From Octopus sinensis (Eukaryota), in contig NW_021835993.1 in NCBI RefSeq assembly GCF_006345805.1, forward strand, positions 62,001-126,000: a stretch of DNA of 64,000 nt, in the 5' to 3' direction. Position 1 is the stretch's first letter. Each line of letters opens with the position of its first letter. The notes under the pieces are model-generated. The model searched no databases. It saw nothing but the letters and a program-made list of their open reading frames with translations, and was not told where the DNA came from. Of the stretch, positions 1 to 12,656 are shown piece by piece. A program made the position numbers and the translations under genes.

Positions 1-59
1 TTCTCCAAATCACCTGCCTACTTACTCAATTCCAACGTCAAAAACTATTAAATAAATCC

Positions 60-850
60 AGCTTATTATTAAAAAATAAGTATGATTCAAAAGTATTAAT
101 AGCCTCAAAATGATGAAATGGACAGAATAGCTCGAATGTCATTTCAAATGGAAGGACCAACAATCCAACAAGTCTTAATCAAATGAATAAATATATCACG
201 AGCAATCAAATAAGCACACTTCAGCAAATAAGACTCGTCAATAAAATAACAAGAGTGCAAAATGATTAAAAAAATATAAAAGAAGACACCGAACTATAAT
301 ATTCAGACACAACAAATTATTGCAAACAGATTAGACAGCTCAGCCCCCTGTCTTTACAGATACGCAACACAAGAAGAACAAATATTCCTAATTCTATAAA
401 TATGTACAAAAACCGACGTGACATTGACCACAAACGAGTGGTTGAGGGCTCTTTTGATAGAAAATGTCTCAAGTCTCCTACGGAAGCCCGGTTTTTACTC
501 AAGTCAACCCCTTCATGTCTGTTTCGAAAATGAATGGCATCGTAAAGAGCAACATCAACCCTGCTCCCGTCAAAGGATGTCTTGTGTTGAACGAGTCTCC
601 TCCTTGGATCAGTCCGGGGACTGAAGGAAATGCATTAGTAGTATTCCTGAAGGGCAATACCATCATATCCGCGTTATTCACAACATCTTTAAAATAAAGT
701 CTCATATTTTCTCAAAGATACGGTCCCGTAAATTTAAAACACATATCAGTACAACACACCTACTACTTGTTACCTACATGAGACTGTAGTTATTGCATTT
801 CACAAAAACATGATAATTTGCATCTCGGCAGGTCTAATGCTTGAAAAATT
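60..850 (-). pseudogene. Squalene epoxidase (SQLE/ERG1)-like 3' half, frameshifted
   Basis: Minus-strand peptides GLIQGGDSFNTRHPLTGAG (cf. SQLE LLGDAYNMRHPLTGGG) and, in another frame, KRALNHSFVVNVT..FLYIF (cf. RKKSHSFVVNILAQALYELF). Frames are broken and the 5' side ends near the Helitron terminus. Boundaries approximate. Confidence 0.55.
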
Positions 851-954
851 AAAGTCCGAATTTTGTTAAACTAATTTTTCTGATGCGATAACAAATTGAA
901 AATTAAATTAATCGTGGCCCAAATTATCTTTGATGCAAGTCTTTTATTAAAAAA

Positions 955-1530
955 CTAGCTCGGCAGCTCGCTTCGCTCACCGCGACCTAGCTTCTGCGGA
1001 GGGCCTGTTTCATCAAACAACTATAAGTTTATGTAGATGTATAAAACTACCTGGTTTAATGTAACCCTATTCTATCGCCTGTTGATAAACGATGTTTGTC
1101 GTCCGTCCTTCCTTGGCATATATGAATAAATTTTCTCTTCTGCCTACCCTCGAGCATCCCACATACAGCTGTCCATGTGAAAAGCACTCACTCTCTAAAA
1201 ATAACCCAACTACCTTTAATGACTGTCCCTGGGCCTTGTTTATTGTCATTGCAAAACTCATCCTCAAAGGAAATTGCAGCCTTTTAAATCTAAATGGTAA
1301 TTCATCAGAAATTATCGGAATTCGTGGAATATAAACATCCTCACCTCTATACTTACCTGTTAATATCGTAGCCTCTATTACGTTAGCCATCAAATTTTTG
1401 ATAACTAACCTCGTTCCGTTGCATAATTTAGGTGGCGCAAGATTTCGTAATAAAACCACTGGAACGCCTATCTTTAACTTTAAAAGATGATTCGGCATTC
1501 CAGAGGGATCTAAGGAGTTTAAAAATTCAA
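955..1530 (-). mobile_element. Helitron 3' fragment: PIF1-like helicase C-terminus plus 3' terminus
   Basis: ORF 1067-1498 has [26 protein letters not shown] and [13 protein letters not shown] (Helitron RepHel helicase motifs). On the minus strand a GC-rich stretch with GCGAAGC is followed by CTAG (955-958) and then T, as at Helitron 3' ends. Confidence 0.9.
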
Positions 1531-2346
1531 TCCGGTTGAATTTTTAGAAAATAACAAAAAAATAAAGAAAAACAAATAAAAATAAATAATTTAAAAACAA
1601 AAAAATAAAAAAAACAAAAAAAAAACTTTAAAAATTTGTAAAATAGTATAAACAAAAAAAATCTCTGCCGCCACGGCAACAACCAGTCTAATTTTTTAAC
1701 AGCCAATTAAGATAATGCTTAAGAGCCTTTATAGTCCGGAGATTTAGCTTAGTGACCTTGATTAGACAAACCACTGGCGGAAATGGGGCAGCCGGAGATG
1801 CGGCAGGCAGAGTAGAAGCAGAAAAGCGACACACAAAAAAGATTTAATTAATTACCTTAAGCTGACCGTTTTTTCTTCAGCTTCGTTTTTCCTCCTTCGG
1901 TTATCTATTTAAAAAATTATTTTTGAATAATAAAAAAGTTTAGGAAAAGAGGCATACCGAAAATAAATTCTATCTTTACGAAAAACTTAACTTAATAGTT
2001 AATATTTTTACGCAAATTCTTCTGATTGCGCTGTCAATTGGTGGTAAATTGTGTTAATGATTGTGCTAATGTGGTTTTAACTATCAAAGTGTTTTTCAAA
2101 ATCTGTTAATTGCACACTCTATTCAAGGTCGTGCAATCTGTAATTGCACATTCTGTCAAAGTCAAATATGATAATAGCTTTAATTTTGATTCATGGTCGA
2201 TAATGATATATGCATTTAATTTTAAAGAGAAAATCATAGGATGAATTGAATTTCTTTATCGCGAATAATTGGGAGTTCATCATTGTTAATATTCTCGCTG
2301 TCGTTTTCATCAAGGATATTCTTAATACGTGAGATTTTTGCCTCGA

Positions 2347-5112
2347 AGGTTTTAAGGACCTCATCATGTAAGTCGAGGACATCGTAGTTGTTCATTTTAA
2401 CCAAAATGCAGAAAACTTTTTTTTAATTTTTTTTTGGGGGGAAGGTTTTAAGGACTTCATCATGTAAGTCGAGGACATCGTAGTTGTTCATTTTAACCAA
2501 AATGCAGAATTTTTTTTTAATTTTTTTGGGGGGGAAGGTTTTAAGGACTTCATCATGTAAGTCGAGGACATTGTAGTTGTTCATTTAACCAAAATGCAGA
2601 ATTTTTTTTTAATTTTTTTGGGGGGAAGGTTTTAAGGACTTCATCATGTAAGTCGAGGACATCGTAGTTGTTCATTTTAACCAAAATGCAGAATTTTTTT
2701 TTAATTTTTTTGGGGGGGAAGGTTTTAAGGACTTCATCATGTAAGTCGAGGACATCGTAGTTGTTCATTTTAACCAAAATGCAGAATTTTTTTTTAATTT
2801 TTTTGGGGGGAAGGTTTTAAGGACTTCATCATGTAAGTCGAGGACATCGTAGTTGTTCATTTTAACCAAAATGCAGAATTTTTTTTTAATTTTTTTGGGG
2901 GGAAGGTTTTAAGGACTTCATCATGTAAGTCGAGGACATTGTAGTTGTTCATTTTAACCAAAATGCAGAATTTTTTTTTAATTTTTTTGGGGGGGAAGGT
3001 TTTAAGGACTTCATCATGTAAGTCGAGGACATCGTAGTTGTTCATTTTAACCAAAATACAGAAATTTTTTTTTAATTTTTTTTTGCGGGGAAGGTTTTAA
3101 GGACTTCATCATGTAAGTCGAAAACATTGTAGTTGTTCATTTTAACCAAAATGCAGAAAATTTTTTTTAATTTTTTTTTGGGGGGGAAGGTTTTAAGGAC
3201 TTCATCATGTAAGTCGAGAACATTGTAGTTGTTCATTTTAACCAAAATGCAGAAAATTTTTTTTTAATTTTTTTTGGGGGGGGAAGGTTTTAAGGACTTC
3301 ATCATGTAAGTCGAGGACATTGTAGTTGTTCATTTTAACCAAAATGCAGAAATTTTTTTTTTAATTTTTTTGGGGGGGGAAGGTTTTAAGGACTTCATGT
3401 AAGTCGAGGACATTGTAGTTGTTCATTTTAACCAAAATGCAGAAAATTTTTTTTTAATTTTTTTTGGGGGGAAGGTTTTAAGGACTTCATCATGTAAGTC
3501 GAGGACATTGTAGTTGTTCATTTTAACCAAAATGCAGAAAATTTTTTTTAATTTTTTTGGGGGGGAAGGTTTTAAGGACTTCATCATGTAAGTCGAGGAC
3601 ATTGTAGTTGTTCATTTTAACCAAAATGCAGAAAATTTTTTTTTAATTTTTTTGGGGGGGAAGGTTTTAAGGACTTCATCATGTAAGTCGAGGACATTGT
3701 AGTTGTTCATTTTAACCAAAATGCAGAAAATTTTTTTTAATTTTTTTGGGGGGAAGGTTTTAAGGACTTCATCATGTAAGTCGAGGACATCGTAGTTGTT
3801 CATTTTAACCAAAATGCAGAATTTTTTTTTAATTTTTTTGGGGGGAAGGTTTTAAGGACTTCATCATGTAAGTCGAGGACATTGTAGTTGTTCATTTTAA
3901 CCAAAATGCAGAATTTTTTTTAATTTTTTTGGGGGGAAGGTTTTAAGGACTTCATCATGTAAGTCGAGGACATCGTAGTTGTTCATTTAACCAAAATACA
4001 GAAATTTTTTTTTAATTTTTTTTTGCGGGGAAGGTTTTAAGGACTTCATCATGTAAGTCGAGAACATTGTAGTTGTTCATTTTAACCAAAATGCAGAAAA
4101 TTTTTTTTTAATTTTTTTTGGGGGGGAAGGTTTTAAGGACTTCATCATGTAAGTCGAGGACATTGTAGTTGTTCATTTTAACCAAAATGCAGAAAATTTT
4201 TTTTTAATTTTTTTGGGGGGGAAGGTTTTAAGGACTTCATGTAAGTCGAGGACATTGTAGTTGTTCATTTTAACCAAAATGCAGAAAATTTTTTTTTAAT
4301 TTTTTTTGGGGGGAAGGTTTTAAGGACTTCATCATGTAAGTCGAGGACATTGTAGTTGTTCATTTTAACCAAAATGCAGAAAATTTTTTTTTAATTTTTT
4401 TGGGGGGGAAGGTTTTAAGGACTTCATCATGTAAGTCGAGGACATTGTAGTTGTTCATTTTAACCAAAATGCAGAAAATTTTTTTTTAATTTTTTTGGGG
4501 GGGAAGGTTTTAAGGACTTCATCATGTAAGTCGAGGACATTGTAGTTGTTCATTTTAACCAAAATGCAGAAAATTTTTTTTTTAATTTTTTTTGGGGGGA
4601 AGGTTTTAAGGACTTCATCATGTAAGTCGAGGACATTGTAGTTGTTCATTTTAACCAAAATGCAGAAAATTTTTTTTAATTTTTTTTTGGGGGGAAGGTT
4701 TTAAGGACTTCATCATGTAAGTCGAGGACATTGTAGTTGTTCATTTTAACCAAAATGCAGAAAATTTTTTTTTAATTTTTTGGGGGGGGAAGGTTTTAAG
4801 GACTTCATCATGTAAGTCGAGGACATTGTAGTTGTTCATTTTAACCAAAATGCAGAAAATTTTTTTTTTTAATTTTTTTGGGGGGAAGGTTTTAAGGACT
4901 TCATCATGTAAGTCGAGGACATTGTAGTTGTTCATTTTAACCAAAATGCAGAAAATTTTTTTTAATTTTTTTGGGGGGAAGGTTTTAAGGACTTCATCAT
5001 GTAAGTTGAGGACATTGTAGTTGTTCATTTTAACCAAAATGCAGAAAATTTTTTTTTAATTTTTTGGGGGGGAAGGTTTTAAGGACTTCATCATGTAAGT
5101 CGAGGACATCGT
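2347..5112. repeat. Tandem satellite, ~96-100 bp unit, about 28 copies
   Basis: Unit catcatgtaagtcgaggaca(t/c)..gtagttgttcattttaaccaaaatgcaga-T-run-aa-T-run-G-run-aaggttttaaggactt, repeated continuously. Length varies mostly in the T and G homopolymers. Confidence 0.97.
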
Positions 5113-5181
5113 ATTGCCAATTTGAAGTTGGTGTGCACACACAGACAGACAGACACACACCATACCATTTTATTATTAAGA

Positions 5182-7414
5182 TTATTCAAAATCAGCAGAT
5201 GCCCACATTCCAAGTCTATGAGCCTTAGCCTCATTCCTGAGCCAGAAAGTAGTCGTGGGCAAACTGTTGAGATATGCGAATACTGACAGAACACAGTCCT
5301 AGTCTGACCATCTCCAACCCAAAGTCCCTCCTCTCCCCTTCCAGAAGAGTGGAACATGACAACATAGGTGACTCGGTCAGTCTCCTTCACAATGTCAACC
5401 AGACAGTATCCTCAGTCTCCTTGGCCATATTCCTCACAACACAGGAAACAAATGTCTGATTATACTCCACAAAGGCCAGTCTGCATTTCACACACAGTGG
5501 GGGATAGTCCTGCAAATGTGTGGGCAGACCACGCACATGACTGGACATGGACAAGTCCATCTGCTAACAATACACCCACAACCAAGACATAGCCATAGTC
5601 GATGAAATACAGTCGCATTTCATTTGTCGACTGGTCGACCGACTCGACTCTCGTTCGGTACCAATTCAAGTCACATCTGGCCCTCACAACACACAGAGAG
5701 TTGATTGTGAGTTGACCAAGAGGGAGGAAAAAGAACTTGCTCTTGTCAATGGGGTTCAACTCTCTCATGGTCTCCTCAATCACCGTCACTACAACACTCA
5801 CAGAGAATGGTCACAATTCGTCACTCTCTGCAGGTAGAACTCGTCCTCCTTTATGTACGACAGACACATTTCCAACATCCTTCTGTCCGCCTGCTTCGGG
5901 GAATCTTCCCAGATCTGGTTATATAAGTGAGAGGACATTTAGTTGCTTCATTCTGGCCACTCTTTGGGCATTCCTCATGTCCTCGTCTTTATCGGAGCCT
6001 GCAGTGAGGAAAGCCAGTCCATTCTCCACCAAAGACATGGCCAGTCCCCTCCCTTCCACGCTCACCCAGCCAATAAGGAATCCATAATTATCCACCCTAA
6101 CCACCCTCACGTCCACCTCCTTATTCGTCACCAAATTCCTGACAAACTCGACCCCCTCATCCTCACACAGTCCGGGGATTTGGGACACCTCACTCCGTCC
6201 AGCAACAGTTTGACTCGGTAGTGGTCCCTCACTGTGAGAATGGTCAGACTGGATCCGTAAATGACTGTTCTATCCACGCCTTGAACCACCCCATCTTCTC
6301 AAACCGCGGAAACAGTGATTTGACCTCAAAAATGTCCTACCAATTGACCACCCCAAAACAACATGTGTCAAATCGATCAATTTATCAGTCACATTCCACA
6401 TTCCTAGGTGGGAGTCTCTGCCTATTCTGTGGGTCACACAGTAAATGTACTTCTGTGCTTGGGAGTACTCTGGGTGGGCTGGAGATAGCGATTCAGCCAG
6501 TCCTTTCTGGAGGAGACTGATGGCTACATCACTTTTCTAAAATAAATATGCCACTGTGACACATTTAGGAAAACAGTGGCAAGAAAAGTGCCATTTTTGG
6601 TAATCCGAGCAAAGCGGACAGTCACCTTCCTCTGCAAAAGACGAGCCACCATAAACGCCTTGGCTTGTTCCTCCCACTCAGTACAAAACCAGTACATTCA
6701 ACAGTCGGGGACTACACACACGTATTCCGTGGAGAGTGACATAAACATACTGCCAGTCCTTTAATAACAGAACTCTCATTTTGGATGCATTCACGACGTG
6801 TTCGACCAAACCTACCAATCAGGCCAAATCAGACCAGAACAGTCCCTTCCTTGTCTGGCCAACAAGAAGGACTGACTGTCCTCCACCACCCACAGTACTC
6901 GCCGCACAATCGCCTGGGAGAGACCCCCCCAGCGACCTCGCCCGGCTTGTCTGGCCTCCTCCTGACAGGCCAGCATCGCCCTGTACTCCCCACTGCCATA
7001 TTAACACACATCACCAGTCGGCCGCCTTCCCGACCAGTCGACGGACTGATGACAGGCCAGACAGGACTACTCGTTGGTTGATGCTCTGCCCACCTCCCAG
7101 GTGGAGGGTCACCAGTTCTGTCTCCTGCAGTCCTCCCTCCCGTTTGACGGACACTCGTTTATTCAGACTGAGGGATCGGAGGAATTCACGTGCTTCCCAG
7201 GCAAAGGGCTCGTCTGGCTGGAATGATTTGAGAACTCACTGAATTGGTCGATTCCATGGCCAGTTTAGGGGAGATGACGTTGTATAATAATACTTTCCGA
7301 GGGACAGCACTGGGGGAGGACGTTTCTTGGAGGATTACTGTATTTCCGCTTAAAACCTACCCCTATTAGACACGTAACCACTTGCTTCACAACAAGGTGG
7401 GTGTGTTTATTCAT
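5182..7414 (-). CDS. SND1: Staphylococcal nuclease and Tudor domain protein (Tudor-SN), multi-exon
   Basis: Spliced N-terminus VVKQ|VLSGNTV..SPKLA..|PDEPFAWEAREFLR; SN domain FVRNLVTNKEVDVRV..LAMSLVENGLA; Tudor WYRTRVE..LYFIDYG; C-terminus EAKAHRLGMWASADFE*. The first two introns are 25 and 22 nt. Confidence 0.85.
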
Positions 7415-7486
7415 ATTAATTAATTAATTTAAAATTAATTGTTTTAACTATTAAATAAATAAAATATTAAAAACATAATTGTTGTG

Positions 7487-8232
7487 ATGGATATCAACTA
7501 CATACAAGGACAAGAAGAAGGAGATCAGAAAATGAACAACCTCTACGTGTCCTATGGCACAGTCTACTCAGCAGCCAAAAACGCCTTGCTGACCCGCCTG
7601 TCTCTCCTCTGCGGGGTCAGTCAAGGCCCCCAGGACTTCAAAAACACAGTCTCCACCTACCTCCAAAGTACCCCCCCACCCCACCCCCACCACACAGGAA
7701 ACCCCAACTCCCAAGACCGTCTTTCACCGTGAGACGAAAAACCGACAGCGCGGAAAACGTGTGCTACGTCATCCATCACGGAATCGCGGATTCCCTGCCC
7801 GACATGCCCCACGTGATGTCCCGGTCGATCACGCAATGTCGAGGGGACCTAAAAATAGTCAAATTCCTGGAGGAAATTGGATTTGAGTATCACGGAGGTT
7901 AATCCGCAGACACACGGCGGACTACATCACGGAAGGACAGGTCGTGTGGTGGGGGACTGTCAAAATATCCATCTACCGGATCATCTGTTGGTCCCCCTCT
8001 CTTAGAGTAGTCCAAGTCTCACTCCCTTCATGACTTCACCGAGTCTGTGGTGGTGGAGATCTCCGTGGTGGGGGAGGAGGATGCCTGTGGGGTGCTCAAA
8101 CATGTGATCGACGGCCTCTCTCCGTGTGTGAGTGTTGTGTATTCTAGACTGGTCGACTTTTATAACTTTGGGAAGGATTCGTTTGATATTTGGATAGTTT
8201 TAATGACTATTATATTCACAAAATGCAGATAA
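7487..8232 (+). CDS. MED18: Mediator subunit 18-like, multi-exon
   Basis: YGTVYSAAKNALLTRLSLLCG (cf. LQGSVLD..LIHRLRGLCD), KFLEEIGFE, VKISIYRI, VVEISVV..LSP|LVDF. One junction near 7990 does not resolve cleanly (probable 1-nt indel). Confidence 0.7.
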
Positions 8233-8246
8233 ATTTGCTTAGTTTG

Positions 8247-8900
8247 TCATTTTCTTTGTAGGAATTGTTTTAATTCGTTTTCTTCATTGCCCACGTAGGT
8301 GTCACGTGGGAGTGTTGTGAGGGAAAAGTAGTGGTAGCTCTTTGTGGTAGAGTTGTCCTCTCTTTTGATCTTCCGGGGGACCACAAAGGGGAGGTCCGTG
8401 AAGGCATAACTGAGCCTCTTCTCTGGCTTGAACTCAAAATTCTCCTCTGCCACACTCCCACGAGAAGAACACTCGGACAGGTGGAGAGTGAAGGCCGAGG
8501 TGTCCTCACTCAGAGAGGTCTCTGACGATTTGGGTGAGTCGGGTGGCTGGGTGACCGCCTTTGATCTATGAATGGTGAGAAGGAGGACAGTTCTTCCAGT
8601 CTGCGAGTCTGTGACCTCGTCTGCACGTGGGAGTCCCGCCCGTCGTCTGCACTCTCAGGACACCCAAACCCTGGAGGTTTTGAGCAGCCAAATGTAGCTC
8701 TCGATGATGTCCTTTAGTGACGTGAGGGCGGGAACTCGTCTTCCGACACTTCCGAGAGTGACTTGCACTCTGTTTGAATGTTCGACACGTTTTTTTGCAG
8801 TCTATTTCGTGGAGGTAGTCAGAATAGGGGTATTTAGTTATATTATACCCAATACTAGCTGTGCCATTTGTTATTGGAGACCATTTCCTAGGGGTTATTG
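8247..8900 (-). CDS. Hypothetical multi-exon protein
   Basis: Gene-like GC content and an open terminal exon (..EENFEFKPEKRLSYAFTDLPFVVPRKIK..LQRK*), convergent with MED18. No family recognised and the start is uncertain. Confidence 0.4.
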
Positions 8901-8999
8901 GGGCATGGTAACTAGTGTGATAGGGAAAATGCGACCGCAATTCGGAAGGTCATTTTATTCAAATGTTCAAATCAAGATTTAAATAAATTAATTACAATT

Positions 9000-11800
9000 T
9001 AATAGATATCAATATTTCTTTGTTCTAATATTTTGTGTATATTTATTAAGATTTTGAATATTTTTCATAAAAATTATTCACTAAGAGGATAATTCAGCAG
9101 ATTTATGTTAACTGAAGAATCAAAACCAGATTTTTAAGTGTAAATCGAGTTGTTTGTCTACAATTCAAATAATTATTTCAAAATTTTAGTCTTTTGGTCA
9201 TACTTTGCTTAGTTAGACATTTTGAAATGAAACAATCAAGGAGCCTCTTTTCTATTTTTGTTTTTTAATTTGGGTTTTGACCGGCCAGGCCGAGGTTAGA
9301 AAGAAGCATCATTTTGAAAGTTTATTGACCAAAACGTGTCGGAACAAGTGTTTTCCAGACAAGAAATGCGTCCTGTCGTTTTCTGTCTTGAGGTCTAAGT
9401 TGATAAGTTCCAGCTGAGTTCAAAAATAGACACCAAACTGGAATATAATATGTAATTAGAACTGCAATTAGGAAATACAAGCCTGCTTAGAATATTTGTC
9501 ATACTTTTCAAATCCAGTATAACACAAACTGTCCTTCTTTTTACAAAGCAAAGTCACGATGATAACACAACACGCTTGGGTCTATGTTTGGATTCATTTT
9601 ACAAAATGGAGATTTTAAAAACCCACCAATTAGCAGTGGCTGAGAGTAATCAATGTCGGGGCACCAGTTTCATTTGTTAGAGAATGATACAGTAAAATCT
9701 CTCATGTCCATAATTCTGTAAACCGCTGCAAAAATTATTTTAAAAAATGGAAAAAATGAGATATCCGAAAAAAGATGACAAAAAATGGGGATGTTCTCAA
9801 TTTGTTGAGTAGGCAGTTATGAAAACAGAATCCTGGATTGTCTTTTCTGTTTTGCACCTCTTGGACTTGAACTTTTGAGCACTCTTCAAAAAACATAGGT
9901 CTTTGGCTACTGGATTAAATGAATCTAAACGCATTATTAAGAATTTAATTGATCAGCCTTGACCGCCATCGCTTGAAGGAGAGGAATAGATCAGAGAAGA
10001 AGCCCGTAAATTTTATAGTGGGGTACCTCTGGGGAACTCTCAGGGTTATTTTCAACGACGACATACACCTGCGAATCACTCAAATGAAGAGTCCTCCTTT
10101 GCCAAGGAAGTGTTTGAGCATCCGGCTCCTTTTCCTTAACCATTTGAATAACTCTTATCAACTTCTCAGCTACAAATGACACTCACACTCCTACTGGGCA
10201 AACGAGTCGTCATAGTAGAACTAATCTCCTCTTCTCTTCATACAAATACCCTTTTAAGAGTCCCTTGTCCTCGGACAATTTACAAAACACATCAAAACAT
10301 CTTTTTTGAAGAGTTCCATGTCCTCGAACTCGCTGGAATAAGTTAAAGACACAGCTTCTTAGGCATTGGTCGACTATTCCCTCCCGGAGCCTCCTTCTTC
10401 TTGCCAGGAGTGACCACATATTCCGTAATTAAATTGTTAATTTCAGTGTGCCGGGGAAATCGGCCGACACTCATTCTACAAAACAGAGCCCAAAGGCGTT
10501 AACTTTAGCCCCACAACGGCAGGGGTGAGGTTTGCAGACAGGAAGTCCAAAGAGATTGCAGATACCAAAACGGAGTGAATCCCTATCGAGGACAGTATCC
10601 AAAAGCGGAGAAAGGATTACATTAAGCTAGGAATCTGAGTATGGCTGACAGGCGGAACGAAAACAAGCCAGTCTGTGTTGGTCGAGGAGCGGTTCCAAGT
10701 CATCTGAAGATTGACGGCAAAGAATTTTGTCCAATTAAGAATAAATTTGAAAAAAAATCTCGTACTATATCAAAAGCAATTAGTCATTCTGTATTTTTAT
10801 ATGAAAGCCATGCTGACTTTTTATCGAAAATATCATCTAATGATCTCAAGATGAAAAAATCAGAAATTTTAAACTAGTTGATGTAATACCATTGATAATT
10901 GAAGCGTGGTATGAATTAAAAGAATAACAGTAACGAATTGCATTGAAAAAGCATTTAACAATTGGGCAATCAGGACACTCCAGATGACTCTACTTTTAAG
11001 GAGGACTCTCCGGTTTCAGATGATGATGAAAATTGTACCTATAAAAATTGCAACAACAATGATGAAGAATTTTTGAGAACAATTGAGTTCTATAAAGATT
11101 AGGATTAAGAGAATAAAAATGATGAAGATATAGAGAAAATTGATTTCTGTGATGCAATTAATCCAAAAATGTCAATTCCAGAAAAATGTTAACTAAGGTC
11201 AATAAGAAGAAGAACTGATGGCGATCTTGTTTCCCCTCACTATTGCTTGGGACACGTTCTGGAGGAGCCATCTCGTCTCCAGAGATTGTGTGTTCTCAAA
11301 GCCTTGAGACGTCCAATACACTTGAGAAAATTATTTTAATTTTTCGTTTAAAAATACAATCCACTTTATTGCGAAAACTCGACAGAAAACCGAAAATTAA
11401 AAGATGATACCTTCGATAAAAATTACGTTAAAAATTGTTTTTAAATAAGAAAATTCAGATAAAAATCCAAACACAAACATTTCTCACAAAGAAAATGCAA
11501 GAGACTACTAAGACTTAACTTCTTGGCAAAATGAACACCAAAATTTCAGACTAACTTTCTTTGAATATTAACTCGAAATGGCCACAGAAATAAAGACCAG
11601 TCTCAAATAAAATTTATTTATTTTATTTATTCATAAACCGTTCAGTAAAACTGGAGATAGACTTATCAGCCTTCCGCTGTAGGTTTCGAGATCGTTTGCA
11701 GATTTGTTTTGAGATATGATTCCCAGGCAATACAAACATAGCCTCCGCCAAGTCGGTTTAACCGATCTAAGCGGATACAGTTATATCCCGGGAATGAGGG
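9000..11800. mobile_element. Mixed, highly decayed transposon remnants
   Basis: AT-rich, no spliceable gene model, short broken peptides. Family not assignable. Confidence 0.3.
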
Positions 11801-11843
11801 AGTAAGTGAGGAGAGTGTCAATCTGGTTTATTGTCGTCTAGAT

Positions 11844-12656
11844 CAGCGGTTCTCAAATGCGGCCCCCGGGGCCGCATGTGGCCCCCAGGATTTTTTTTGC
11901 GGCCCCTCTAGAGTAACTAACTTTTTTAATTTTTTAAATAATGTTTATTCTTAAGGTTAAACATATCCATAATTGGTGATTTAATTAATCAATTTGAAGC
12001 ACGATTTGGAGTACATTTATATAAATTTAATTTTTAGAATTTTAAAGAATTCCTTCCTTTAATGAAAATATTTGCAATTCCATTCAGCGTGGAAATTAAG
12101 GATGCGCCTGCAAAGTTTCAACTAGAACTCATTAATTTACAACATGATATAGAACTGGCGGCATTATTCGAAAATGCGTCCATTATTAATTTTTACGAAT
12201 TAATTCCTCAAGACAAATTCAAAAATATAACACCACAATGCATATTATTATATTAATGTTTGGATCTACATATTTATGCGAATAAATATTTAGTAAAATG
12301 ATTTGAATAAAAATAAATATCGCAACAAACTCACGGATAATCACTCGAGTCAGCTTTACAAACTTCTTCGACTTTACTTATTCCGGATTTCAAAAACTTA
12401 TAAACAAATAATACTTTCTTTTTAGCTCAACGCCTTTTGTAGATTTTTTAACTTTTATTTCTTTATAAAGGAAATGGAAATTAAAAAGAAAAAAAGAGTC
12501 CAAAAAACTCATTACGCATCAGCAGTGGCTGCACTTCGGATTGCAAGCGAGTTACCGGCTTGGAAAAATATAAAATATATAAAATATTTTTGTGCGGCCC
12601 GCGAAGCTAATCTTAATTATCGATTTGGCCTTGAGCTGAAAAGGTGAGACCCCCTG
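11844..12656 (+). mobile_element. Non-autonomous hAT (Buster/SPIN/Charlie-like) element with 8-bp TSD
   Basis: Perfect flanking repeat GTCTAGAT at 11836-11843 and 12657-12664 (NNNTANNN). Ends CAGCGGTTCTCA and (reverse complement) CAGGGGGTCTCA. Internal transposase C-terminal remnant FQLELINLQ..MFGSTYLCE..KYRNKLTD. Confidence 0.9.

Noticed and set aside
1665-1690. Hairpin tgccg-cca-cggca followed by ccagt as a second Helitron 3' end on the plus strand
   Set aside because: The terminus is CCAG rather than CTRR and no matching 5' end or coding remnant supports it.
2420-5075. T-run/G-run motif resembling ciliate T4G4 telomere or a G-quadruplex array
   Set aside because: There is only one G-run per ~98-bp unit, the array is internal to the contig, and it is not a short-period repeat.
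2347-5112. CRISPR-like array or repeat-protein gene (MNNYDVLDLHDEVLKTFPPKK ORFs)
   Set aside because: There are no unique spacers, the context is eukaryotic and no cas genes are present. The ORFs shift frame with homopolymer length, so they are treated as satellite translation.
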